Assembly: GCA_028023455.1 (NCBI GenBank) | Contig: JAQFVV010000006.1 | Location: 4,340,001 to 4,404,000, forward strand | DNA: 64,000 bases | Origin: Epiperipatus broadwayi | Taxonomy: Eukaryota > Animalia > Onychophora | Reading direction: 5' to 3' | Shown: piece by piece, positions 1 through 12,003 of the stretch | How positions within the stretch are numbered: position 1 is the first letter of the stretch | Layout of the letters: each line of letters begins with the position of its first letter | The notes under the pieces: model-generated | Told to the model about the DNA's origin: nothing | Databases searched by the model: none | What the model saw: only the letters and a program-made list of their open reading frames with translations | Translations under genes and position numbers: made by a program

Positions 1-689
1 TTACTGCTATGGAGAAAAAGAGATATTCACCAACAACTGAATTTTAAATTACTTTTATCCTGCTACTATTTTTAACTTAGTATGAATTGAAGTTATCATC
101 TTTTTAAAGTTTCCATTATTAGGTTTTATGTCTAATATATTTAATACAAAAATAATGAGATTAAAAATGTAAGCACGCATTCGCCAAGAGTATGTATAGT
201 TTATTAAGAAAAATAATTTATCATTATTATTTTATTTATATAATAATTAAGAAATACAATTTCATTACATGAGTAATTTTTATGTATTAACAAATTTTTG
301 AATGTTACCGACCAATCCTTCTCAATTTTACTATTCTTTGGTAATTATAAACATTTTTTATAGGTGAATTTCTTTTACAGAGCATACTACTGCATTTCAA
401 TGAGTATGATTTAGCTCTAAAACTGTGATGCTCCAATAAATTTTGTGATAAAAACGGCAAACAATAGAAAACTGGAACACATGCTATTTTTTGAACAATG
501 GCTTCTCAGAAATTGAAGACAACATTTTTCTTTTATTTTTCCATTACTTAAATTTTACATTTAATATATTTAATGCAGAAATAATAAGCCTAAAAGTCAT
601 CATCAGTCCCCATCCAAAAATGAGTACGGCCAAGAATAAAAAAATTACTTTCAGATGACTTTTGTGAAAACGTGACAAACCAATCTTTC

Positions 690-3430
690 AACCACAAATA
701 CTTCTACATGCTGATCAATTAATCTCTTTATTTGATATACTGTGGCATTATCTTTTAACTTCTTGTGTTAATAATATGAAATACTTAAGTGCCATGTCTA
801 ATTGCAGTTCTCCAATATTTTCTAACCTCAGCTATAGCTTCCCAATAAAAACAACCAGCATTAAACTTCTTCAGAACACCTTTGAGATAAAGCATATAAT
901 GCAAACATCATCTACATCTGTTATAAACCCATGCTTAAGTTCGTTGTTTGTTCAATTTAAATGTCCAATCCGATAACGTATAATTTTACAATAGAGAACT
1001 CTACACTCTCACATCCAGAAAGTTCAAGAATATATCGATTGGTTTTATGATCTTGGTATTGTGGTTTTAAAATTTTATGGCACATTCTTAAATCAAACTT
1101 TTCTAATGCCTTTATAGTGTGTGATATGATGTCCAAATTTCACGTCCATACAATAAATTAGGTAAAATAACAGTTCTATATACAGCTAGCTTAGATGTAG
1201 TAATTTCCTTATGATGAAATACTTCATCTTTTAACTTGTTAAAACCAACAGCAGCACATTGGAGTCTACGTTGGCTCCCAATATTTATGTCCATCCATCT
1301 TTCTATTTATAAAACCACCAATGTATTTAAACTGGTTTACCTTCTCCAATTTGATAACCATCCAAGCTAAAAGTTGCTGAGGATTCTGACCAATAAAGAC
1401 CAGGAGTTTTTTGAACATTAATAATAAATTGAGATCTTTATAAGTTGCATTCAAATTATTAAGAACATTCTGTAAGCCGTCTTTTGAAGTGGCAAAAATA
1501 ACACAATCATCAGCTTACTGTAAACCCAGAATCAAAAAAATAAAGTTATTGCCTTTGTTTTTAATCAATGCAAATTAAAAATTCCATCACCAAACTTGTA
1601 TAACATCTTGATTTCTGTTTCCTTAAATTGTTTATAAACAGTTCTAAGACAACTGCCGTAAAAACTGAAAACAATGTTGGAGTATGTATACATTCTTGTT
1701 TAACACCAGTTTTTATTTCAGATCTGTCAGATTTTCCATCTCACTTCCTCTCATTCATACAGAAGCTGCATAATATGAATAGATTTTGGTGGACAAGCAA
1801 CTAAATTCAAACAATGTCTCAGCTCTATTTTGATTAAGTCAAATCTCATGAACAAATCAATAAAATCAGCATTTCCAAGCAATAAAACCCGTCTGGAGAG
1901 CTTTTTGCTCACTGACTCTCAGGTAATTATTCATCTAAGAACTGGTTCAACAGAATTGAAAGTACCTTTACTGTCATGGATAACACCAATATTCCATGAA
2001 GAATACATGCATCTTGCTTATTCTCTTTATTTTTAAAAAAATTGGAACACTAGACCATTCTTAAGATCGAGCAACACAAGTTCACGAGTCCATATATTCC
2101 TACAAAATTTCTAAATGTAATATATTCCTAGTCTACATTTTAAAACTTCTCCAGGTATTTCATCAAGACCTACAGCTTTTCCATTTTTAGGATTACAAAG
2201 AACTGTTTTGACTTCTCTATGCTGGAAACCTTTGTCCACATCTAAATGAGTGGATAAAAAAAAATATGCCATTAAAAGTCATTATCTCAATTTTGGTTCA
2301 TGATTCTATTTCTTAGATCCATGTGTGAGTGGCTTTCAGTGCATGAAAAAAGGATCTATTCACCAAGAAATAAAAGCTTTCTTTCTCTTAAGTTCTTTGG
2401 ATCAAATGCCACTACCAATGTGCAAAACAAGTTTTAGCACCATAAGCTTTTAATTGATACACTTAAGCAACAACCAAAGAAGACCAAGAATAGAAGATAC
2501 TAAATTAGATTTTACAAATCCAATACCATGCATTCTCCTTTCACCAATTCATCTGCCCTTTGAAAATAACTTCCTGTTCTACTAAACTTCCTTTCACTTG
2601 TAGATGAATTTCACTAAGAGTAGTTATATCAACCTTAAATTTTGACAGCTCCTTAGTCATGAATTCAGACCTTCGTTGTCATCTAAGTAGATTTTATATC
2701 AAGTAAAGTTCTGATATATATCCTTATATTTGGAAAACCATTAGATTTAGATTTATTTTTAGTATTCCTCCTGCTTTATCAGTACTATTAATAATGTTAT
2801 TATTTCTATCATTTTAATGACTAATCTGCCATGCATGACTAATGTAGATACCATAATTAGACCATATTTTCTAAACACTTTCCACTTTTGTACTCGGCAG
2901 GGGATTTCTAAATAGGGCTTCCTTTGTCAGTGAAAATTCTGGTCTGAAATCCAGTTCTAAACTGGCCTTTTATTGATTGCACTGCCTTGATAAAAAATCA
3001 TAATTAAAGATTATCAGCCAATTAATCCTGACCCAATCAGTGCTTCTGTAATTTTCAAGAGCTTGTATTTAAAAAAATGAAAAGTACTTGTGGAGTCAGA
3101 AAGGCTGTGTATGTAGTTAATATGGATGCATAAACATACAATCTAATTGCTACAGTTAGGATAAAATGAAGACTGATGTCAGGTGAGATTTATGATGACG
3201 AGGGCCTGAACTTACTTAAGTAACTGAAGCAGAAAAAAGAGGGAAATAGAGAAGATGGCTTGTTGTACTTAGCATTTGATAAAGCAACATCCTATTCTAC
3301 AAGACAGCATGAAATACCCTTGGCAGTGCATAGTTTGTTATTCACAGTTAACTCGCACACTTGAAGGTCATTCCACTATCCACATCCGTGGAGACCATCA
3401 ATAGCCTGAGCACAGCACCTGATAATAGGT
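690..3430 (-). mobile_element. Degraded RTE-type non-LTR retrotransposon (endonuclease-side and RT remnants)
   Basis: Minus-strand pieces KNGKAVGLDEIP (~2150-2195), EIKTGVKQECIHTPTLF (~1670-1720), LQ*ADDCVIF (1500-1520), VNQFKYIG, YRTVILPNLLYGREIW. Many stops and frameshifts. Boundaries approximate. Confidence 0.85.
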
Positions 3431-3979
3431 TACAAATACTGTGATATACATACAAAAAAAAATTGGTTGTTTCTTATTTTATTACACACTATTTATGACA
3501 TAATTTTATTCTAAAAAATAATTTTATAAGAATGATATTATCAAATCTCAACTGTTGTGAGAGATATCAATCAATTATTTTCAATTTTATTATACATAAT
3601 TTGCTGCACGTGGATTTCTTTTACCGAACATTTATAATAGGAATATTATTGCATGCTGATGAGATAGGGGCTCTTTAAAATCATGATTTAGCTCTAAAAT
3701 TGAGATTCTACGCTAAAACTTGTTAAAAGGGTCAAACAATGGCAAACTACTGAATATGACGTACTATTCCCTGAGAATAGTATTTAGTTGTCTAGTTATT
3801 CTACCAGCCTTTGGGTAGAAAGCAAAAGTATATGCTCCTATTTCAATTATATTTTACATATATATATATTAGTGACGATGCGTGACTTTTTTAGGAATGG
3901 AAGCACACTTCTTTTTTTTTATGTTTTTATTTCACTTGCTATAACAATTTTTATGTAAAAGCATCTAATATATATATAT

Positions 3980-4255
3980 TAAACTGGCAAAAAACTCTAT
4001 ATATAGTAGTGCCACCTTGAGCTAACCAGAGTAATCAATGGATGCCAGAAGGCTTGTGCATAAAATCCTTATCTAGTGCCTACTCATCCAATATCCCCAG
4101 ACTAGTAGGCACTAGATAGGGATTATATGCACAAGCGTTCTGGCATCCATTGATTACTCTGGTTAGCACAAGGTGGCACTACTATATGGAGAGTTTTTTG
4201 CCTGTTTACTAAGTTATGTGCTAGCATGAGATGGTGATCATGTGATGTTTAGTGG
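3980..4255. repeat. Family A element as a hairpin (arms ~3980-4084 / 4104-4208) inside a (TA)n tract
   Basis: Arms are near reverse complements (gtaatcaatggatgccagaaggcttgtgcataaaatcc / gggattatatgcacaagcgttctggcatccattgattac). Same sequence recurs at 31.5, 32.0, 35.9, 36.3, 39.5, 45.8, 62.3 and 62.9 kb. Confidence 0.9.
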
Positions 4256-4964
4256 TATATATATATATTACACAAAAATTGCATTAGAATGAGTTAGTGA
4301 AGTTCATTCTTTCGATATATATAAAACGAATTCAACTGTTAGTGAAAAAAATTGCTTTAGAATGAGTTAGAGAAGTTTATTCTTTCATTACATCCAAAAC
4401 AATTTAACTGTTACTAAAAAAAAAAAACTAAAAGTGCATTTTTTAAATTGAATTTTAATTAAAGCTTTTAAAAGTTTTAGTGAATTTTTCTACAGAAGCA
4501 CTCATTCTGTTCAATACATGAATACTTCGTCCCCTGATTATATATACTTGTTTTAAAAAAAGTCGTTAACAGTCTTTTTAAATGATACTCCATTGTGAAA
4601 CAAAAGATCCTCCTAGAGTCCATTGTAATAATGAAAAAAGCAGTAATAACCAAATTTACAATTGGTGGGCGTCAAAAACATTCCATTCTTATTTTACATT
4701 CTGGCTAAGAATATGCATATACCAATTTACTGATCAAATGTCATATGATTAGTGATTCATTGGATGGCTAAAGATTGGTTACCTGAGAGAAAAATCTTAA
4801 ACTTCTCACAAAATACTCTAGATTAAGAATGTAGGTTGTAAGTACAGCAGGTGGATGTGTTACATCATTGCTATACATACATATATATATATATGAAGAT
4901 GCCTTTTAAACACCATATATAAATGTATTGCAAGAAAATCAAGTCATAAATGACATATAGTGAG

Positions 4965-5010
4965 CGCGTCACTGAGGAATGCCAAAAGCATGAAACCGGT
5001 CAGGATATAA
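4965..5010 (+). ncRNA. Hammerhead-like motif related to family A (stem I imperfect)
   Basis: gtca-CTGAGGA(4972-4978)-ATGC-caaaa-GCAT-GAAAC-cg-GTC-agga. Core, stem II and palindromic stem III (ACCGGT) are present; the first stem I pair is A:A. Confidence 0.55.
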
Positions 5011-5591
5011 ATATTCTGAAAAGCTTGCTAAGAGCTATGGCATGCTCATTATATAATATAAAGTAGGAGTTCTTGGTATGTATAGTCACACATCTGATTA
5101 TTGAAGGATGTCTGCTAGTCTTAGTACAGAATAAACAAGTATGGGAAAAGGCTAAAATAATTTTGTATTTGGCATTTGGTACACCTACTGCATAATGCCT
5201 TCTCTTTACTATCCCTTCTGATAAGCTATTGAAGAGATTTTTAAAGGGCAGTAGACTATTTAGAAGTTGTTTTTATCTCTATACAAAGTAATATGTTATA
5301 AATGAAGCAAAGAGAGGGATTATTACCATGTCATTTGACATTGCTAGGAAATCATCAATTACTAATCAACAATCCTAAGGCTAAACAACTTTTCTCTACT
5401 ATCCTATAATTAGTTTTTTGTCTTGGGTTTAATTAACAATAAATGGAGGTCCTCTTTGACTTCGATCCCAAGTTGTTTTAAGGATTTAGCTCAGTCAGCT
5501 ATTTTTTATATGAGATTCAGATAAATCACACCTTTTGACATCCTGTAAATAATAATTGTATATGTACATGTATACATACTAATAGAATTAC

Positions 5592-5700
5592 CTGTTTTGT
5601 AACTTGACTTGCTTCCCTTTCAGTAAAACATCGTTTTTGACTAATACGATCAAATAATTCTCCACCATCCATTAATTCTAGAACCATTAATAATCGTACT
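5592..5700 (-). CDS. MAPKAPK5: MAPKAPK5 coding exon 4 (VRLLMVLELMDGGELFDRISQKRCFTEREASQVTKQ)
   Basis: ttatttttag acceptor and CAG|gtaatt donor, 109 nt. Matches MK5 RLLIVMEMMEGGELFHRISQHRHFTEKQASQVTKQ. Confidence 0.96.
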
Positions 5701-6479
5701 CTAAAAATAAAATTGTCACAATTTAAATAAAGAAATAAAAGTATAACAAAAAAAAATACCGTGTAGAGGAAAATTTCCTCCATATTCTGCTTACATATGC
5801 CTAAATATGGATAATGAGCCATCTAAAAACAACTAATGTTGTTATTGCAGAACTAAGTCTCACCCTTAGAATAAAAAGTTCAAACAAAAGTCATTTTTTA
5901 AGCATAACTTCGACCTTTTCATAATATCATTATACGAGAATAACATTCTCTTCAAAGTAGCAACTTTTTCCTTAATAAGTATCGTATGTAGCCATTTAGA
6001 CCTAATCTGTTTGTTTAAAAATATATACATTTTTATATATATTATTTATATCTTCTGAAATAAAAATGAAATGGGAGAAATATTCTTCAAAAGCATTTTT
6101 AATATAATAAATTTAGAATTAATATTATGTTTGTTTTTATACTTTTTATCTCAAATCGTTAATTTCCGATACTTAAAAAAAAAAAAATCCAAGCATTTTA
6201 AATGTTATGTTTTTAAAAATAATAAATACTTTGAAGTTGAAAAACATCTAATTACTTGTTTTATACTAAATGAGGGCACAAAAAATCAGGCTGAATTGTA
6301 ACACTGTTCAGACTTAAATCTATCTGGCCAGATTTTTTTTTCCCATCGAACTATGCATATTAAGTAATTTTTTAGACAGAGGTTGTACCTATTCACTAAA
6401 ATTAATATCAAAAATATTGAACAGAGAAATAAACATGATTTCTGGTAATACGATAAAGAAAATAAATAGATATATTCAA

Positions 6480-7150
6480 ATAGCATGGCAAACAAATTTT
6501 ATCAGAAATAACAATTACAAATTGAATGGAAAGTGATAATTTATGCACACTGATAGCATGACAAAGAAATTGAATCAGAAGTAAGATATCAGAAATAACA
6601 AATTGAACCAGGTGACAATTTGTGCAGACCCATAGCATGGCAATCAAACTGAACCCAAAGCGGCAATTACCAAAAATGACAAATTGAACAGGAAGAGACA
6701 ATTCATGCAGATCCACAATATAATGAAGAAACTGAACTGAAAATAGCAGTTATCGAAAGTCACAAATAATGCAAATCCACAACATAGCGAACAAGGTCAA
6801 CCGGAAGTGACAATTATTAAAGTCACAAATTGAACTGACAATTCATGCAGACCCATAGCACAGCAAACAAACTGAACCAACAGTGATGATTATCAAAGTG
6901 ACCAATTGAACAGGAAGTGACCAACCATATAGACCTATGGCATAATAAAGAAATTTAATTGAAGAAACAATGATCAAAAGTGACAGATTGAACTGTAGAT
7001 GACATGACCATGCACCCTGACAGCTTGGAAAACAAACTGAACCAAAAGAGATAATTATCAAAGTGACAAACTGAATAGGAAGTGACAAATAAGTGCAGAC
7101 CCATAGCATAGAGAATTGAACTGGAAGTGATAATTATCAAAAATGACAAC
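6480..7150. repeat. Degenerate tandem repeat, about 8 units of roughly 65-85 bp
   Basis: Recurrent gcagacccatagcat...aaactgaacc...gataattatcaaagtgacaaattgaac at ~6625, 6706, 6770, 6847, 6930, 7010 and 7095. Confidence 0.8.
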
Positions 7151-8112
7151 CACCCAAGAATAAGCTTGGAGATACATTAAAGGGTTAGGTAATTGTTTAA
7201 TCGCGAATTTAAAATAATTTGAAGTTTTTCTCAATATCCAATCTAGTCTCGTACTAGCTTATGAATAAATACTAATAAATCGATATCTTATGTGGCATGT
7301 AGATTCAGAAATCCTTCTTAAAATTATTTACATATAAATCTGTAACAATTGTCGTCAGAAATTAAATTTTCTTAAAATACTAAGTTCTTCAATTCTGGCC
7401 CTTGGATGTATAAAGTTGATATTTGTTTAATTAAAATGTCGGTGATTCATGTTTAATTGAAGCAGATAAGCATAGTATTTGCAATCAAATCCAGCAGGTG
7501 GTATTAGGTCTGGCAAAAAAATTATTTAGAATACTAACTGCCCCCATATTCTCAATGTCAAAATCATTAATTCACTAGTCAGTATTTTGGAAAAACTATT
7601 AAAAAAACAAACAAATAAATTATTTAAGACAATTAACACATTAGAACTATAGTTGCGGGGAAGGAATTTCTGTCTTATTATGAATAAAGTTCAATCCTAT
7701 ATATAAATAAAATAAGGAAGGAATTTATTAGTATATGATTAAATGCACCTATGTTTGATTATTGTCTAATACGCTGCATATTTATTAATGGCATAATTTT
7801 AAAATTAAAAAAGTATCAGAGGTGTAAAAATATATATATATAATATGTTAAAAATGTATATTAATACGTCCATGGGCTTAACTTATTCATAAGACCTTAG
7901 GCCTGATTGTCATGAATATGATAGTCAAACACTGAACTTTTTCTCAAAAATTATCATTGACAAAAGTTAGTATTTAGATTATCTTATGCAGTTGTGAGAA
8001 ATAAGAGTCTACAACCTGAAATGTACGTATATTAAAATTATGTGAAGAGATAAAAATAATATTAAAAAGAAATAAAAATTATAGAGAAAATTAAATATTA
8101 ATATTTAAATAG

Positions 8113-8780
8113 TGTAACTGGAACTAATTACGGAAAGGAAAAAGTAAAATCGGATAATGGAAAAAATTGAATTAGTATCAGCTAACTACTAAGTGAAGTT
8201 AGAGTAAAGATCGAACTGATAAAACTCCCCACCCGGATTCTCGTGAACTATATTATTACTCCAGAAAACAGAAGAGCAAAAAAGTACAAAAAGACTGGAA
8301 CAGAAAAAGGAACTTTTTTTTTTCTTAGTCGTTTCAGGTCAACTGAGATTCCCACCAGGGAAAAGCAGTGGCGGACATCTTATTACCAAGGATCTCAGTT
8401 CCTGAAGGTACCCAAGCCAATTAGGGTTAAAACAGATCAGCCAATCTTATTACAATTTTAAAACGCCTTAAGAGTCTGCAGGATTAAAAGATTTTATTCA
8501 TGGCAAAGGTAATGAAAAGGACTTATATTCCAAAGCGATGGAATGGGGATTTATCCTAATTGAAAAGAGTGTGAACTCGTGTGAATATTATATCTTGGTA
8601 TATTTATATATCCTATTATTCTTATATATTATAACTTGTATTTAAGTCCGTGAAGAAATTGAACCACTGTGAATTTTATATCCTTAGTGTTCTAAAGAAA
8701 ATTAATTCCTAAAATAATTTATTATTCTTACTCGGGGATTATAGAGTAAGACATAGCAAATCTGGCGCAGTCGACAGGAT
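8113..8780 (+). mobile_element. Probable LTR followed by a tRNA-Ser primer-binding site (8763-8780)
   Basis: TGTAAC at 8113. TGGCGCAGTCGACAGGAT closely resembles the reverse complement of the tRNA-Ser 3' end (TGGCG[C/T]AGTCGG[C/T]AGGAT). No gag ORF or TSD seen, so the LTR limits are uncertain. Confidence 0.45.
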
Positions 8781-9859
8781 GTGATGTATTAAAAATTATG
8801 AAAAAGGCTGTTGATAAAATGAAGTTTTGGATCCATAATAATATTAGAACAGTATATAGACTCAAAAAATATTCCAAGTAGACATTATTCCACTCTTAGC
8901 ATCATAGATCAACTTGATCATTATGTTAATGTGATTTGAATTTGATAGACCATCTTCCGGTTCAAAAGTACTGATTTGTGCAATCATATTTGACATTCAG
9001 CGATCAGGTCATGATTCTGAAACCTAAAACCCGATTGCATCTGGTATTTTTCTTTCACGCCGCATTTTCTATCAAAAAAATGGGTAATATTAGATCAAAT
9101 GCTATAATTTATTTTATCAGAGTCCTGGCAAAAGCTTTATCTCTATCTTCAAATATCTTACTTCTTATACGAATTATTTCTTTGTATCGGATTTCTTTAT
9201 TATCCTCCGCTAACTTGTGTACATCCGGTATTCCCTGATTCATGCTGCAATGTGATAATTTATTTTAGCGGAATTCTGAAAAAGTTTGATCTCTATCTTC
9301 AAATATCTTACTTCTTATACAAAATCATTCTTTGTATCAGATTTCTTTATTATCCTCTGCTAATTTGTGTTACTAGAGGTATCTAGCAAGTGAGGTTTCC
9401 AAGAATAAAATCTTTATTAATCATTCACATTATTTAAACTTGAAAGCTGAAAACCTTTTTATAAAATGACAAAAAATTTTGACAGAATTAAATGAAAAAA
9501 AAAACATTAATAATATAAGTAGCATAATAATAAAGTAACGATAATATGAAATATGAAAATTAAGTAGCACAAACTTACGCAACAAGAGATGAATGCCAAC
9601 TGCTATAACAATAAATAAATAAAATCTCAATACATTTCTCATAAAACCACAAAACATAGCCTGATCCCACTTACACAATACTTTCATATTGCAAATTTAT
9701 TTTTCTAATTCTAGCTCTGAACTTACGTTAAGAGAAATAGATTTGCTATATAAAAATATTGTATACACTAAGGTCATGTGGTGTTTTATTGCTTTTATGA
9801 AAATCCTAGGCAAATTAATATAAATGGTTACAGCCGCTAAAAAATTGAAAATATCAAAA

Positions 9860-10570
9860 CATAAAGATACTGAACTGGGGTCAGATCTAAATTGGCTTAG
9901 ATTCGAAATCTTGATGTTTTCAAATTTCAGGCTAGTAGCATGATATTAGAAAAAAGATGTGAAAGATGCCTTCTGGAGGAAAGGTGCATTAGATCCTAAA
10001 AATCCAGATGATCTAGACTGCATATATGTGTAGAATAGTATTGGATAGGGATGTATTAAGCCTGATCATTGAATATCTAGTGATTATTCAAGCTTGCATT
10101 CGGTGGCAGAACTGAAGTAAAAAAAAATACATTTGTCATATAAAAGAATTATATAAATTGAGATTATGTGGTGTTTGATGGCTCTATGACAATTCTGGCC
10201 AAGAAATATATATACATAGTTATTAAATAAACAAGGATACTAACATACAGATGTAAAATTGATATCAGATCTATATAATTATGCAAGCAAATTGGCTTAG
10301 ATTCAAAGCATTAAGATGGTTTTGAATCTCAAACTAGTAGCTTGATAGTAAAAAAAAATAAAAAAAAGATTACTGGAAAAAGTGTATTAGATCCCAAAAA
10401 TCCAGAAACACTAGATCTAAATTCATTCTTCAATGCTGAATGCTATAATCTAGAAAATAGCCCGAGAGATAGGTAGAACAGAATTGGATAGGGATTTATT
10501 AAACACTACCATCTGCTTTCTTGTAATTATTCAAACGTGCACTAGATGGCAGAACTGGTGTGAAAAAAAT
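9860..10570 (+). repeat. Older diverged tandem of a family A-related unit (~400 bp period)
   Basis: attggcttagattc at ~9891 and ~10291. Shares gcattagatcctaa and tattggat..ggtggcagaactg with family A; eroded HHR-like cttcaatgctgaatgctataatctagaaaatagccc near 10430-10465. Confidence 0.6.
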
Positions 10571-10745
10571 AATTCATTATTCAATGAAGAAAATATTTTG
10601 AGACAAATCAAAAGCTCTGTATATAAATAATATTTGTCTATTGATGACTAAAATCATCATCCTAGAATTAATATTTAGATATTTTATTTAAAAAAAGAAA
10701 AGGACATAATGCGATAAAAGATAAAATTAAATCCAGCTTACATAC

Positions 10746-10919
10746 TTTGGACTCGATTCCCCAGGAAACTGGACATTATTGGCATAGACATCATAAACAG
10801 TGACAACATTAGGATGACCACGACACCTCATGTGAAGATTTACTTCGTTTCTTGATTTGGGATTATCCATCAAACATTTCACAGCATATCTTTCTCCTGT
10901 AACTTTACTCGTACAGGGT
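10746..10919 (-). CDS. MAPKAPK5: MAPKAPK5 coding exon 3 (PCTSKVTGERYAVKCLMDNPKSRNEVNLHMRCRGHPNVVTVYDVYANNVQFPGESSP-K)
   Basis: Poly-T-ag acceptor and AA|gtatgt donor, 174 nt, phase 2 at both ends. Contains the catalytic Lys and the MK5-specific VQFPxESSP insert. Confidence 0.96.
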
Positions 10920-11297
10920 CTAAAAAAAAAAGAGACAGGCACTATTAATAGGATTACAGAATATAAAGCCAAATTTATTTTCTTTTTAAACTGATAACTT
11001 ATGGTGAGTCAAACATTTGATATTTTTTATCTTTTTATTATTGAAAAAACAATACTGTCTTTACAAAATAGAAAAGGGCAACAATTAAAAAAACATAGCG
11101 TAATAAAAGATTTTGTCTTTCTTTCCAAGTATATTATCAACATTTTTCAAAACAAAAGAGAAACAGGTGAGACCAATATTGAAATAACGCAAAATGTTTA
11201 AAAAAATTCTTCTAGACTTGTTTCAGTACTTTTATTAAATTCTTAAGAAAAAACACTTCTGTTTGATGCACTTTTCATAATGCTTTACTTATTTTTA

Positions 11298-11332
11298 TGA
11301 CAGTTTCGACCGTCTAGCAGTCTTCTTCAAAT
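11298..11332 (-). repeat. Family D hammerhead-like motif, decayed (further decayed copies at ~12319-12350 and ~17919-17951)
   Basis: Minus strand ttgaagaagactgctagacggtcgaaactgtc has the same layout as the intact copies at 32625 and 35022, with core substitutions. Confidence 0.6.
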
Positions 11333-11903
11333 AATAAAATAAGCAAAACTTTGTGAAAAGTACATTAAAAAAAATATGTTTTTTTTAAAAATACTTAGGT
11401 AACTTAATCGAATATTAATTTTCTTTCTGTTATTGATATTATTTTTTACAATAAATTGTGAATTCTTTGAAAAACAATTATTATTCCATCGAATAGCAAT
11501 GTAGCTAGAATAATAATTAAACTTTTTATAAAATTATTTTCAATTTATTATTATTTCACAAAAAATATAACCAGAAACATTAATAAAAAGAAGAAAAAAA
11601 TAATACCCAAAGATGACAATATTTCAAACACACACACAAATATAAAAGAATATTAATAAACTTAAGGAAATTCATCAATAGGTGAGGCTTAAATTACCTA
11701 TTTCAAACAGATATCTACAAAAATAAAATACAACAAGAAAGACAAAATGCTGAAAATATGAAGTACAATTAAAGGGTAGAAAATAGAATTGGAAAATATT
11801 ATTCTAATACTGGAAAATTATTTTACAAAAAAAAAAAAGTGAAAACAAAGAAGACCAGTATTTCAGGATTTGCCAAAATCTAATATAAAAAGAATAATAA
11901 CTT

Positions 11904-12003
11904 GTCAAGTATTGATGGCCTAGAGATTAGTATAGCTGCCTTCCAAGCAGCTGGCCCGGGTTCGCTTCCCGATCAAGGCATTTGACATATGAAAAAAAAA
12001 AAA
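11904..12003 (+). mobile_element. tRNA-Gly(TCC)-derived SINE with poly-A tail and 17-bp TSD
   Basis: gtcaagt...tagctgccttccaagcagctggcccgggttcgcttccc...tttgacatatg(A)n. TSD aaaaagaataataactt at 11887-11903 and 12004-12020. Confidence 0.85.

Noticed and set aside
3290-3430. HDV-like ribozyme in the RTE 5' region
   Set aside because: Could not assign the nested double pseudoknot by eye; needs a descriptor search.
3656-3760. CTGATGA in a segment resembling ~400-480
   Set aside because: No valid hammerhead fold. The two segments share only short blocks (atgatttagctctaaaa), too little to classify.
1-5591. Further MAPKAPK5 exon (HRDLKPEN motif)
   Set aside because: Not found on the minus strand; it presumably lies beyond the left edge of the window.
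6408-7149. Hydrophobic ORFs as membrane proteins, or the array as a CRISPR locus
   Set aside because: The ORFs are translations of a degenerate tandem repeat. Units lack identical repeats with unique spacers, and the context is a eukaryotic intron with no cas genes.
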